Shown in pieces: positions 45,677-53,685 of a DNA stretch of 64,000 nucleotides. The stretch lies in the NCBI GenBank assembly GCA_036400935.1, contig DASWWW010000001.1, positions 46,096 to 110,095 of the forward strand, in the 5' to 3' direction. The notes below the pieces were generated by a model. That model searched no databases and was not told the DNA's origin. It saw only the letters and a list, made by a program, of their open reading frames with translations. The DNA comes from Minisyncoccota bacterium. Its GTDB lineage: Bacteria; Patescibacteriota; Minisyncoccia; Phycocordibacterales; UBA6065. A program made the translations under genes and the position numbers. Position 1 is the first letter of the stretch. Each line of letters starts with the position of its first letter.

Positions 45677-46606
45677 CTAGTAGGCGGCAATGTTCGTATT
45701 CAGGCTTGTGCTGTCGGTGCCGTTGTACGCCCAGATGCTGTAGGTTCCCGCGCTCATATTGCTCGTGAGGCTGAAGATGAGCACCTTTCCGTCAGGGGAG
45801 ACGTACTGCTTTGTCGTGCGGATGTTGAACGGGCCGTTTAGGTATATCGATGTCGCATCGTTGAAGCCCGAGCCGTAGATGACGATCGGCGTCTCGTCGC
45901 TTGAGGAGACGGTCTTTGGGTAGATCATGTTTGCCGCTACTGGCTGCGCCTCCAGGGTAAAGACCGCGCTTTGCGGATCGTCCGCCGAAGTTCCGGCATA
46001 GGTATTCCTGATGCGGATCTTGTACTCGCCTGGGGCGACCACCGTGTTCTTCTGGCTCTCGGTCGAATAGACCTCGCCGGCCTTCCATTCGAATTGGGTT
46101 CCGCCCAATCGGGTGATTGCGATATATCCTACCGATATGCCGTTCTTGTCCTCGAGGATGATGCTGTAGGTCGATTTTATCTCCGATGCCCATCGGATGA
46201 TCTGGGTCTTTCCGATGGTGACTACCGCCCCGGCCTTGGGGGAGCTTATGAGAGGGGCCTTCGCGGGTACATTTGTCTGCGAGCCGCTCGAGCCTGAGGC
46301 GGTCGGTGTTGTCGCGCAGCTTTTCGCCTTTATGAAGGCACGGGTCGTCGGGCCGACGAAGCCGGTCGAGCTTATGCCGTTTGCCGCCTGAAATTTCTTG
46401 GCTGCTGCCAGCGTTGCCGGTCCGAATACTCCGTTGGGAGTAGCGGTCAGGTAGCCTGCTTCTGCCAGATATACTTGGAGCCTGGTTACGTTGCTGCCGG
46501 TCGAGCCCGATCCGATATCCGCCGCTATGTCCGTGCATGCGGCGAGGGCGGGAGTGGCGACCGAGAGGAGGGACAGGATGCCGATCGCGTAGGTGATCTT
46601 CTTCAT
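45677..46606 (-). CDS. secreted peptidoglycan-binding protein with Ig/IPT-like domains
   Basis: VTRLQVYL...NGVFGPATLAAAKKFQ...TGFVGPTTR; IYGSGF. Confidence 0.85.
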   Translation of the reverse strand: MKKITYAIGILSLLSVATPALAACTDIAADIGSGSTGSNVTRLQVYLAEAGYLTATPNGVFGPATLAAAKKFQAANGISSTGFVGPTTRAFIKAKSCATTPTASGSSGSQTNVPAKAPLISSPKAGAVVTIGKTQIIRWASEIKSTYSIILEDKNGISVGYIAITRLGGTQFEWKAGEVYSTESQKNTVVAPGEYKIRIRNTYAGTSADDPQSAVFTLEAQPVAANMIYPKTVSSSDETPIVIYGSGFNDATSIYLNGPFNIRTTKQYVSPDGKVLIFSLTSNMSAGTYSIWAYNGTDSTSLNTNIAAY

Positions 46607-46614
46607 GGCTCGCA

Positions 46615-47445
46615 TTAGTCCATGAATACGTTAAAGACCATCTGCTTGCCGTCGGCTCCCGTGAGAGTAAGGGTGCTGCCGGACTGGGCGAGCGTGCCGT
46701 TCGCCATGATCGAGCCAAAGGCACTCTCGTATGCCATGACATTAGCCGGCTCCGCACAATACATGAGCGTGCCTATGAGGTTCGCCTTTATGTTGCCGTT
46801 CTTGAGTGTGTACTCTCCGCCCATGCCGTTACAGAATTTGGCGCTCACCTTGCCGCTCTCAAACGTTACGGTGTATTTTTCGCTCGTTGGAATTGCAGTG
46901 CCGTTGTATGAGGCGAGGCGGAACGTAGAGCCGTTGAGGTTTACGGGAGTGCTTGTCGCGATTGTCTCGGCAGGCTTTGTTTCTGCGGATTCTGCGCGGG
47001 CAAAGATCATCGTGCCTGAATCCTTGAGAAGTTTGATGCGGAGCTCGTCGCCCTCGATGACATGCGAGGTTGCGCGGGAAAGCTCCTGAGCGTATTCCGA
47101 TTCATGCACTGCGTCATTGCAGAACATCTTGGTCATGGCGACGGGGCCGATGCTGAGGATTTCGCCGTCCGCTACGTACCCTCCGCTCATCCTGTTGCAG
47201 TCGCTCGAGCTGCTGAAGGTCTTGTCCGCATTGAATACGATCTCGAAGCGGCTCGGATCCTTCGGGACGATCTCCTTGCCGTCGGCAAATACCGTCTTCT
47301 GCCATGTCCATGCGGTATCGATTATCGACGTCGAAGTTCCGGGTGTGGACGGATTCGCATCCATTTTTGGCCTCAGATAGAGGCAGACGGCCGCGACGAC
47401 GATAGCCGCCACGATGAAGGTTATGAGTATGTTGTTTTTATTCAT
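46615..47445 (-). CDS. META (HslJ) domain protein, two copies
   Basis: SDCNRMSGGY...MTKMFC; FCNGMGGEY...TLMYC. Confidence 0.88.
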   Translation of the reverse strand: MNKNNILITFIVAAIVVAAVCLYLRPKMDANPSTPGTSTSIIDTAWTWQKTVFADGKEIVPKDPSRFEIVFNADKTFSSSSDCNRMSGGYVADGEILSIGPVAMTKMFCNDAVHESEYAQELSRATSHVIEGDELRIKLLKDSGTMIFARAESAETKPAETIATSTPVNLNGSTFRLASYNGTAIPTSEKYTVTFESGKVSAKFCNGMGGEYTLKNGNIKANLIGTLMYCAEPANVMAYESAFGSIMANGTLAQSGSTLTLTGADGKQMVFNVFMD

Positions 47446-47528
47446 GGGAATTTTTGATTAGCCACTCTATTGTAACAGGCCGACCGCTGGCCCGTCCTTA
47501 TTACGACAGCAATTAACCAATCAAACGC

Positions 47529-47678
47529 ATGTTAACTACAATCGCAGCCATTTTGATCGTCTTGTGGATCCTCGGACTTGTCACTTCCTATACCATCGGC
47601 GGATTTATTCACGTGCTTCTCGTGATCGCCATCATTATGGTATTGGTTCGACTCATCAGGGGAGAAAGGGTGGTGTAA
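47529..47678 (+). CDS. lmo0937-family (DUF5670) small membrane protein
   Basis: Manual translation MLTTIAAILIVLWILGLVTSYTIGGFIHVLLVIAIIMVLVRLIRGERVV. Confidence 0.88.
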   Translation: MLTTIAAILIVLWILGLVTSYTIGGFIHVLLVIAIIMVLVRLIRGERVV

Positions 47679-47764
47679 GGCAATACAGGCAGCAAAAAGC
47701 CGCTCTCGGGCGGCTTTTGCTTGTGTTCTATATGGGCATAAAAAACCCGCCTTCCAAAGACGGG

Positions 47765-48118
47765 CTAGAGGCCGCATGCCTCAGCGAATCCGAACGTGCG
47801 GATGTGCTGGATATGCGGGATATAGTGGGTCGCGAGGACGTAAATAAAGAACAAGGTCGAGGCGGTAAGCACGATCTGGTGCAATCTACTCTTGCGCATA
47901 TGGGGCTTCTTCCAGAACTTGTAGTGAGACCAGCCGAGCGCTGGAACCGCTACGAGTGGCAGGAGTACTGTCATAAGAAAGAGACCCATCACGCTGCCAG
48001 ACAGCCCCAGGACGACGAGCGTCGAGGGTATGAAGCAGCATGATTTTGATGCAATGAGAGAAAGGACCGAAAGCGTCGCCGGAACCGTACTTGATGGCGG
48101 GATACGAGCGGTATTCAA
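47765..48118 (-). CDS. MerT/MerC-like heavy-metal transport membrane protein
   Basis: Three TM helices, SCCFIP paired cysteines, His/Cys tail. Confidence 0.55.
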   Translation of the reverse strand: MNTARIPPSSTVPATLSVLSLIASKSCCFIPSTLVVLGLSGSVMGLFLMTVLLPLVAVPALGWSHYKFWKKPHMRKSRLHQIVLTASTLFFIYVLATHYIPHIQHIRTFGFAEACGL

Positions 48119-48156
48119 GTTGGAAAGGGGACCAGTAAAGTATAAGTGAAGCGCGA

Positions 48157-48669
48157 TTAGAAAGTAAGCAGCATCGCGATCGCCATTGCTGCCATGAGGA
48201 TGTCCTCAAAGACGGTGAACCAGGTGATTGGGATTTTGAAGAAGCCGCCAAGGCACGCGCATTGCAAATCTTCGTTTTGGGCGAGCTTGATCCAAACGGA
48301 ATATGCCTTGAGCGACATGAGCAGGAATACGAAAATATTGATATAGGTCGAATCTATGCCGGCAATGTATGTGGCTCCGAGGGCGAGCTCGACGAAAGGG
48401 TAGATATAGCCCCATGCCTTGTTCTCGCGGGCGAGGATGTCGTACTGGGCGTACGATTTTGCGAAGCTGCGCACGTTTATGGCCTTGAGTAAGCCAAAGA
48501 GCAGGAAGTACGCTCCCATAAAATCCATCATCGCCACATGCGTGGCAAAAGTTCCCAGGGCAAATTGGCCGTAGATGGTGTACGTGATGACGAGCGCGAA
48601 CATTATCACCAGAGGTGCGAACTTTTTTATCTTGCTCTCTGGCTCACAGTGGCAGGTTTCCATTTCCAT
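48157..48669 (-). CDS. MauE/DoxX-family membrane protein (heavy-metal associated)
   Basis: DFMGAYFLLFG..K, YDILA, YPFVEL, CACLG and EDILM motifs. Confidence 0.85.
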   Translation of the reverse strand: MEMETCHCEPESKIKKFAPLVIMFALVITYTIYGQFALGTFATHVAMMDFMGAYFLLFGLLKAINVRSFAKSYAQYDILARENKAWGYIYPFVELALGATYIAGIDSTYINIFVFLLMSLKAYSVWIKLAQNEDLQCACLGGFFKIPITWFTVFEDILMAAMAIAMLLTF

Positions 48670-48696
48670 GACGAAATGATATCAGGTTGGAATACA

Positions 48697-48721
48697 AAAA
48701 GCTCCCACGAGGGAGCTTTTT
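48697..48721. terminator. intrinsic terminator, probably the displaced native tRNA-His terminator
   Basis: AAAAGCTCCC-ACGA-GGGAGCTTTT directly next to the distal AATGGGT core. Confidence 0.7.
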
Positions 48722-48814
48722 GCGAATGGGTCGAGAACTCGCGGCGATTAGAACTTTGGTCATCGAATTCCTGGCATAAAAAAGCTCGTCGCGGTGAAGC
48801 GACGGGCTCGACTG

Positions 48815-49258
48815 TTATTCGGACAGGTCCTTTGGACTGTAGCCCTTCCTCCTCAGGGCGACGTAGATCGGCAGATAGAAGGCGACGAACTCCTTGTCCC
48901 ACGCTTCGCCTTCAAGTGAGGTCAACGACAGGTACTTGGCCCCCATCTTTTCGGGCGTGAAGCCGAGGCTTCCAATCGTCTCGTCGAGCTGTGTGTAGAA
49001 TTGGCGATTCGTCTGGCTCAGCCTGAGAGGGCTCTCTCTCCAATCTAGTGGATCCTCGTCAGAAACCTCTGAGATCGGGACATTGTCCCATAACCCCTGT
49101 GTCTCGACGAGCTTCCTGTAGTACCCGCGACCGCCCACGTCGGCGGTCTGAGGGAAATGCAGGTGGAGATTGCCAATGAGCGCGACGAGCGTCCGTTTGG
49201 GATCGGTCGGCCGATAGCCGCCTTCTGGCAGTGCGGTCAGTTCGGGAATTTCATCCAT
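48815..49258 (-). CDS. hypothetical protein, cassette 1 (paralog of cassette 2)
   Basis: MDEIPELTALPEGGYR...LRLSQTNRQFY...LPIYVALRRKGYS..DL. Confidence 0.85.
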   Translation of the reverse strand: MDEIPELTALPEGGYRPTDPKRTLVALIGNLHLHFPQTADVGGRGYYRKLVETQGLWDNVPISEVSDEDPLDWRESPLRLSQTNRQFYTQLDETIGSLGFTPEKMGAKYLSLTSLEGEAWDKEFVAFYLPIYVALRRKGYSPKDLSE

Positions 49259-49512
49259 GTTCAATACAGAGTCAATTGTTTCAGTTGCAGGTTTAAAGAG
49301 CGTTGCACTTATATTGCAACTAATTTATTTATTGTCAAATACATACTAGTTCCAATTCCCCTTAGGGGTCTGATTCTGAACGGCCTTGTTGAGCCGAAAA
49401 ACTAAATGGGTCGAACTCTTATCAATTAGAACTTTAATCGTCGAGTCTTGCGAATAAAAAAGCCCGAGACACGCTGCCGTGTCTCGGGCTTGTGGGTAAC
49501 TTGGCCACAGGG

Positions 49513-49962
49513 CTAAATCGCCAAATCCCTGCGGCTGTAACCTTTCTTCCTCAGGACAATGTATATGGGAAGAAATTTTTTCTCGTATTCTTCTGCCCAC
49601 GCCTTCCCAGTCAGCCGCCCTAAAGCGAGGTTCGCCTCTTTGATTGATTCGAGGGCTATTCCAGCCTCGCAGACGGCCCGATCAATCGCGGCAAAGAATT
49701 CACGATTGGTCTGACTTAGTCTTAATTGACTGTACTCCCATCCGGGGCGGCTTCCATCTTTGGCCCATTTCTCTGAAATTCTCTCGTCCCAGATACCAAG
49801 TTCATCGACGTTATAGCGACTACGCCCTAAGTCTGGAGCAACGTCGACGCTTCCGGGAAAGCGCAAGCAGAGATTGTTGAGAACACCAACGACACCTCGA
49901 TGATCGTCAGTGGCTCGATATGTGCCGTCAGGCAAAGCGGTTAGTTCAGGAATATCGTTCAC
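49513..49962 (-). CDS. hypothetical protein, cassette 2
   Basis: MNDIPELTALPDGTYR...LRLSQTNREFF...LPIYIVLRKKGYS..DL. Confidence 0.85.
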   Translation of the reverse strand: MNDIPELTALPDGTYRATDDHRGVVGVLNNLCLRFPGSVDVAPDLGRSRYNVDELGIWDERISEKWAKDGSRPGWEYSQLRLSQTNREFFAAIDRAVCEAGIALESIKEANLALGRLTGKAWAEEYEKKFLPIYIVLRKKGYSRRDLAI

Positions 49963-50216
49963 AACGAAAATCGGGTTGATTGTTTGTTTGGGTCAGGTTC
50001 AAAGAACGTGCAATTACTATATTGCAATCAAAAACTGAACTGTCAAATGCAAAGGTGCACCAGTTCTAACTCCCGTTAGGGGTCTGATCCTGAATGGCTT
50101 TATTGAGCCAAGAAATAAATGGGTCGAGAACTCTTATCGATTAGAACTTTGGTCATCAAATTTCTGGCATAAAAAAGCCCTCCGCAATGGTGCAGAGGGC
50201 TCGAGGCGTCGGCGTA

Positions 50217-50858
50217 TCACCGAAAATACACCAGTGAGGGGTGCTGGTCCGACAGCTTGTCGTTTCGGAGGTTCAGCATTATAACCTGTCCGTTCTTCGA
50301 CAGAGTTGGCAAGCGGGGCTGACCTTCGGGATCTCTGACGACGGCACCCCCGAAGACCAGAGAATCTATACGTGGATCGGCGAAGAATCTGTCCACGAGA
50401 AGGCGATTCCTCGACAACGTCACGAATACCGACCAGTCGGGCCGCACAAAGCCCGTTCCGTCCCATGTGCTTGCGACCCTTTCTTTGCAGGTCTCTGACG
50501 AGCTACTGCCGAATCGAACGAAAAGCCTGTTCGCTTCGAGAATCTCGATATTCAGAGATTTTGGATCTTGGAGGTCTTTCCCTTTAAGGCCGCTTCCTTC
50601 AATAGGCCCTTTCCATATCGTCCAGTCGCCATGGAAAAAACGTTTGGTGTCCGTAGTTCCGCGGTCGATGTTAATGAACGGGGGCGGGGACATCTTCGCT
50701 CCGTTTTCCAGGAACCTGCTGAACTCTTTTCCCGCATCCGCAGGATTTTGAAACACCCGCTCCGCGGTGCTATTCGTAACTCGGTCCAGACAGACGTTGG
50801 TTACCAGAGTGCCGAGCATTCTTGCGGCCCTCGTGGAGTCTATGATTGGCTGACTCAT
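50217..50858 (-). CDS. hypothetical protein, cassette 3
   Basis: 213-aa ORF between the cassette promoter and terminator. Confidence 0.75.
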   Translation of the reverse strand: MSQPIIDSTRAARMLGTLVTNVCLDRVTNSTAERVFQNPADAGKEFSRFLENGAKMSPPPFINIDRGTTDTKRFFHGDWTIWKGPIEGSGLKGKDLQDPKSLNIEILEANRLFVRFGSSSSETCKERVASTWDGTGFVRPDWSVFVTLSRNRLLVDRFFADPRIDSLVFGGAVVRDPEGQPRLPTLSKNGQVIMLNLRNDKLSDQHPSLVYFR

Positions 50859-51118
50859 AAGAGCTGACCTTTCTTTGTTGATGGACGCTGACCAAGGGGC
50901 TCTGACGAGGCCCTCGGCTGACGTTCTGGGCGTTTTGCCTCAGAACACAAGGGTCTTAGACCCCTCTGTTCTGAGGCAAACTAAGTGGACAATATCAAAG
51001 AGCTTGCAATGCATATATTGCAATTAAAAATTAAATTGTCAAACGTAAAGACGCACCCGCTCTAAGTATCGTTAGGGGTCTGATCTTGAATGGCTTTATT
51101 GAGCCGAGAAACTAAATG

Positions 51119-51190
51119 GGTGCCTAGAGGGAATCGAACCCTCGACAGCGGGACCACAATCCGCTGTTTTACCACTAAACTATAGGCACC
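51119..51190 (-). tRNA. tRNA-His(GTG) with G-1
   Basis: G-GTGCCTA...TT-GTG-GT...GGTTCGATTCC...TAGGCAC-C. Confidence 0.92.
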
Positions 51191-51251
51191 ATCGTCGTCT
51201 GTTTTCTTAAGAGAAATGGCGGGCGGCGAAGCCGCCCGCCATTTCTCCATG

Positions 51252-51333
51252 TGCGCGGAAGAGGACTTGAACCTCCATGCCTTACGGCGCTACCACCTCA
51301 AGGTAGTGTGTCTGCCAATTCCACCATCCGCGC
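51252..51333 (-). tRNA. tRNA-Leu(GAG)
   Basis: GCGCGGA...CTACC-TTGAGGT-GGTAG, long variable arm, GGTTCAAGTCC. Confidence 0.93.
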
Positions 51334-51501
51334 ATTGGCCAAGAATAAGCTTTCTTTTTCTTGTTCGCACATCATACATAAAGTTGGCCGTATTTTCAAC
51401 TTTTTCGGTCAGACAAAGCAAAACCGCTCCTTGCGGAACGGTTTTGATCCTCAGCCTTACCATGTGCCTATGATAGGCGATCAGGGAATCCTTTTCAAGT
51501 A

Positions 51502-51571
51502 TGGACATGACGGGGATCGAACCCGCGTTCCTCAGATGGTAAGGCTGAGGACCTAGGCCACTAGCATGCCC
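51502..51571 (-). ncRNA. atypical tRNA-like / tmRNA-TLD-like RNA with G3-U70 and A73
   Basis: GGGCATG/CATGTCC-A acceptor, canonical T-arm GCGGG-TTCGATC-CCCGT, non-canonical D region, 6-bp stem with 9-nt loop. Confidence 0.55.
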
Positions 51572-51724
51572 AAGACGTCGGACTACCAATCCTTCGTCTA
51601 TTTCAGGATATGAAAATGCGGCTCAAGATTTTGCTAAGAAATCATAAAGTTTCCCTGAATTTGTGGACAAGCCCGGCATTCAAGCAACAAAAAAACCCCG
51701 CGAGCGCGGAGTTCTTGTTTTGAA

Positions 51725-52171
51725 TTATTTGGTCTCAGCCGGCTTTGCTTCTGCTGCAGCCTCTGGCTTCTCAACCTTCGTGCCCTTCTTGACGACGTCG
51801 GTATTTCCGCCTTTCTCTGCTCGGAGGTTTCGCATCTGGCGTCGGATCTCCTTTGTAGCCTTCTCTCGTACGAAGTAGAGCTTTGAGCGTCGGACCTTAG
51901 ACTTTCGGACGGTCTCGATCTCGTCGATCATAGGGGAGTAGAGAGGGAAGATTCGCTCTACGCCTACGCCGTCCACTACCTTTCGAACGGTGAAGGTTCC
52001 GCCGGCCTCATTGCCGTGCTTTCGGGAAAGGATGAGTCCCTCGAATGCCTGGAGGCGAGTCTTGTCGCCTTCCTTGATCTTCTGCCATACGCGAACAGTG
52101 TCGCCGGCGCGAAGGGCGAGCTTTGCTCGAGCCTCCATATCTATAGGTGAAGTGATTACTTTGCTTTCCAT
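51725..52171 (-). CDS. rplS: 50S ribosomal protein L19
   Basis: [42 protein letters not shown]. Confidence 0.98.
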   Translation of the reverse strand: MESKVITSPIDMEARAKLALRAGDTVRVWQKIKEGDKTRLQAFEGLILSRKHGNEAGGTFTVRKVVDGVGVERIFPLYSPMIDEIETVRKSKVRRSKLYFVREKATKEIRRQMRNLRAEKGGNTDVVKKGTKVEKPEAAAEAKPAETK

Positions 52172-52298
52172 ATGAATGTATTAACGTGGTCGTCAATGTA
52201 ACACGGAGGGCGAAAATGAGCAAGTATTATGCCGTATTTCTTGAAAAAAGGGCGGGAATGGGGTATTGTGGCTCTTGTCGGCAGAAAATTGAATATAT

Positions 52299-52374
52299 GC
52301 GCCCTTAGCTCAGTTGGTAGAGCAGCTCATTTACACTGAGAAGGTCGGGGGTTCAAGTCCCTCAGGGCGCACCA
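52299..52374 (+). tRNA. tRNA-Val(TAC), CCA encoded
   Basis: GCGCCCT-TAGCTCAG...CTCA-TTTACAC-TGAG...GGTTCAAGTCC. Confidence 0.92.
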
Positions 52375-52408
52375 AATGAAAAAACCAGCAATCGCTGGTT
52401 TTTTCATT

Positions 52409-52483
52409 TGGTCCCCTCGGTTGGAATCGAACCAACATAACCGGCTTAGAAGTCCGGTGTTCTATCCATTGAACTACAAGGGG
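52409..52483 (-). tRNA. tRNA-Arg(TCT), CCA encoded; convergent with tRNA-Val across a shared bidirectional terminator
   Basis: CCCCTTG...CT-TCT-AA...GGTTCGATTCC...CGAGGGG-A-CCA. Confidence 0.92.
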
Positions 52484-52527
52484 CTTAGCCTTTGAGGGCT
52501 AAAGAGAGGATAGCAGGAAAGGGGGAA

Positions 52528-53160
52528 TTATTCGAGCGGAACGATCGTCGCCTTGCTCTTTCTCTTCTCTCGAATGAACTCGATGATAACGGGAAGGATC
52601 GAGAGGAATATGATGCCGAGGATGATAGCCTCGAGATGGTCCTTGATGCCAGGGAAGAGAGTGCCGAGGAAGTATCCCGCGAGCGATACGCTAAAGATCC
52701 AGGTTACGCCTCCGATGATGTTATAGGTGAGGAATGTCTTGTACGGCATGTTGCCGATGCCCGCTACGATAGGGGCGAAGGTACGCACGACAGGGACAAA
52801 TCGGGCGATGACGATGGTCTTTGTGCCGTACTTGTCATAGAAATTCTTGGCTCTGATAGCGTGCTTCTTGTGAAAGAGGAGGGAGTCCTCGCGCGAGAAG
52901 AGCCGTGGGCCCGCTTTCTTGCCGAAAGCGTAGCCGACGCTGTCGCCGACGATTGCCGCGATCGTTCCGCCGATGAGGAGTCCTGTAAGCGACAGGTGCC
53001 CCTGCGAAGCGAATAGTCCCGCGGTGAAGAGCAGGGAGTCGCCCGGCAGGAAGAATCCGAAAAAGAGGCCGGATTCGGCGAATATTACGGAAAGGATGCC
53101 GATAAGGCCGAGCGTCGATACGATTGCCTGAGCGTCCGTGAGATTTGATAGGTATTCCAT
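52528..53160 (-). CDS. DedA/VTT-family membrane protein
   Basis: FAESGLFFGFFLPGDSLLF, ARFVPVVRTFAP. Confidence 0.94.
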   Translation of the reverse strand: MEYLSNLTDAQAIVSTLGLIGILSVIFAESGLFFGFFLPGDSLLFTAGLFASQGHLSLTGLLIGGTIAAIVGDSVGYAFGKKAGPRLFSREDSLLFHKKHAIRAKNFYDKYGTKTIVIARFVPVVRTFAPIVAGIGNMPYKTFLTYNIIGGVTWIFSVSLAGYFLGTLFPGIKDHLEAIILGIIFLSILPVIIEFIREKRKSKATIVPLE

Positions 53161-53232
53161 ATGCTTACTGTAGCATTAAATGACGCTCCCGATCTAATTG
53201 CATTACAGTTGCATTTGATGTACCATCATTTC

Positions 53233-53655
53233 ATGATCGATAGCATCAAGACTCAGCTTCGAGACTCCGGTCTCAAGGCAACCCCGGTTAGGCAGGCGGT
53301 CCTCGCGCTTCTTTCCCGCTCGGGCAAGCCGTTTACGGCAAAGGAGATCGTGGCAAAGCTCTCCATAAAGATAAAAGGCCTCGACACTGTGACCGTGTAC
53401 CGTACCCTCCATTCGTTCGAAAAAGAGGGGATCGTCCGCTCCATCTCTTTGGGCAAGGACGCCCTCTCGTACGAAGTTCCGTCGCATCACCATCATCACA
53501 TCGTCTGCACGGACTGCTCGCATATAGAGGATTTCGAAGCCTGCGCCTTCGACTCGCTCAAGGATAGCGTCCTCAAGCACTCAAAATCGTTTACGGATAT
53601 CACGAAGCACTCGTTCGAGCTTTTCGGCTTGTGCAAAGCGTGTTCTAAGCGATAA
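53233..53655 (+). CDS. Fur-family (Fur/Zur) transcriptional regulator
   Basis: TVYRTL, HHHHIVCTDC, GLCKAC. Confidence 0.93.
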   Translation: MIDSIKTQLRDSGLKATPVRQAVLALLSRSGKPFTAKEIVAKLSIKIKGLDTVTVYRTLHSFEKEGIVRSISLGKDALSYEVPSHHHHHIVCTDCSHIEDFEACAFDSLKDSVLKHSKSFTDITKHSFELFGLCKACSKR

Positions 53656-53685
53656 GCGCCCTTGTCTGGGTGATATAATCACCTC

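Larger units (their letters stand above)
48725..51121 (-). mobile_element. tandem array of three single-gene cassettes integrated at the tRNA-His 3' end
   Basis: Core AATGGGT at 48725, 49405, 50118 and 51115; conserved arms on both sides of the internal junctions, half-junctions at both ends. Confidence 0.8.

Noticed and set aside
48725-51121. Cassette array as a CRISPR array or classical integron
   Set aside because: The spacers are whole genes of 0.7-1 kb. There is no adjacent intI, the TAAC/GTTA pair at about 50067-50078 is only 4 nt apart (too close for attC), and the cassettes have their own promoters.
51211-51247. Perfect GC-rich palindrome between tRNA-Leu and tRNA-His
   Set aside because: Consistent with an ordinary tRNA spacer or processing hairpin; no second copy seen
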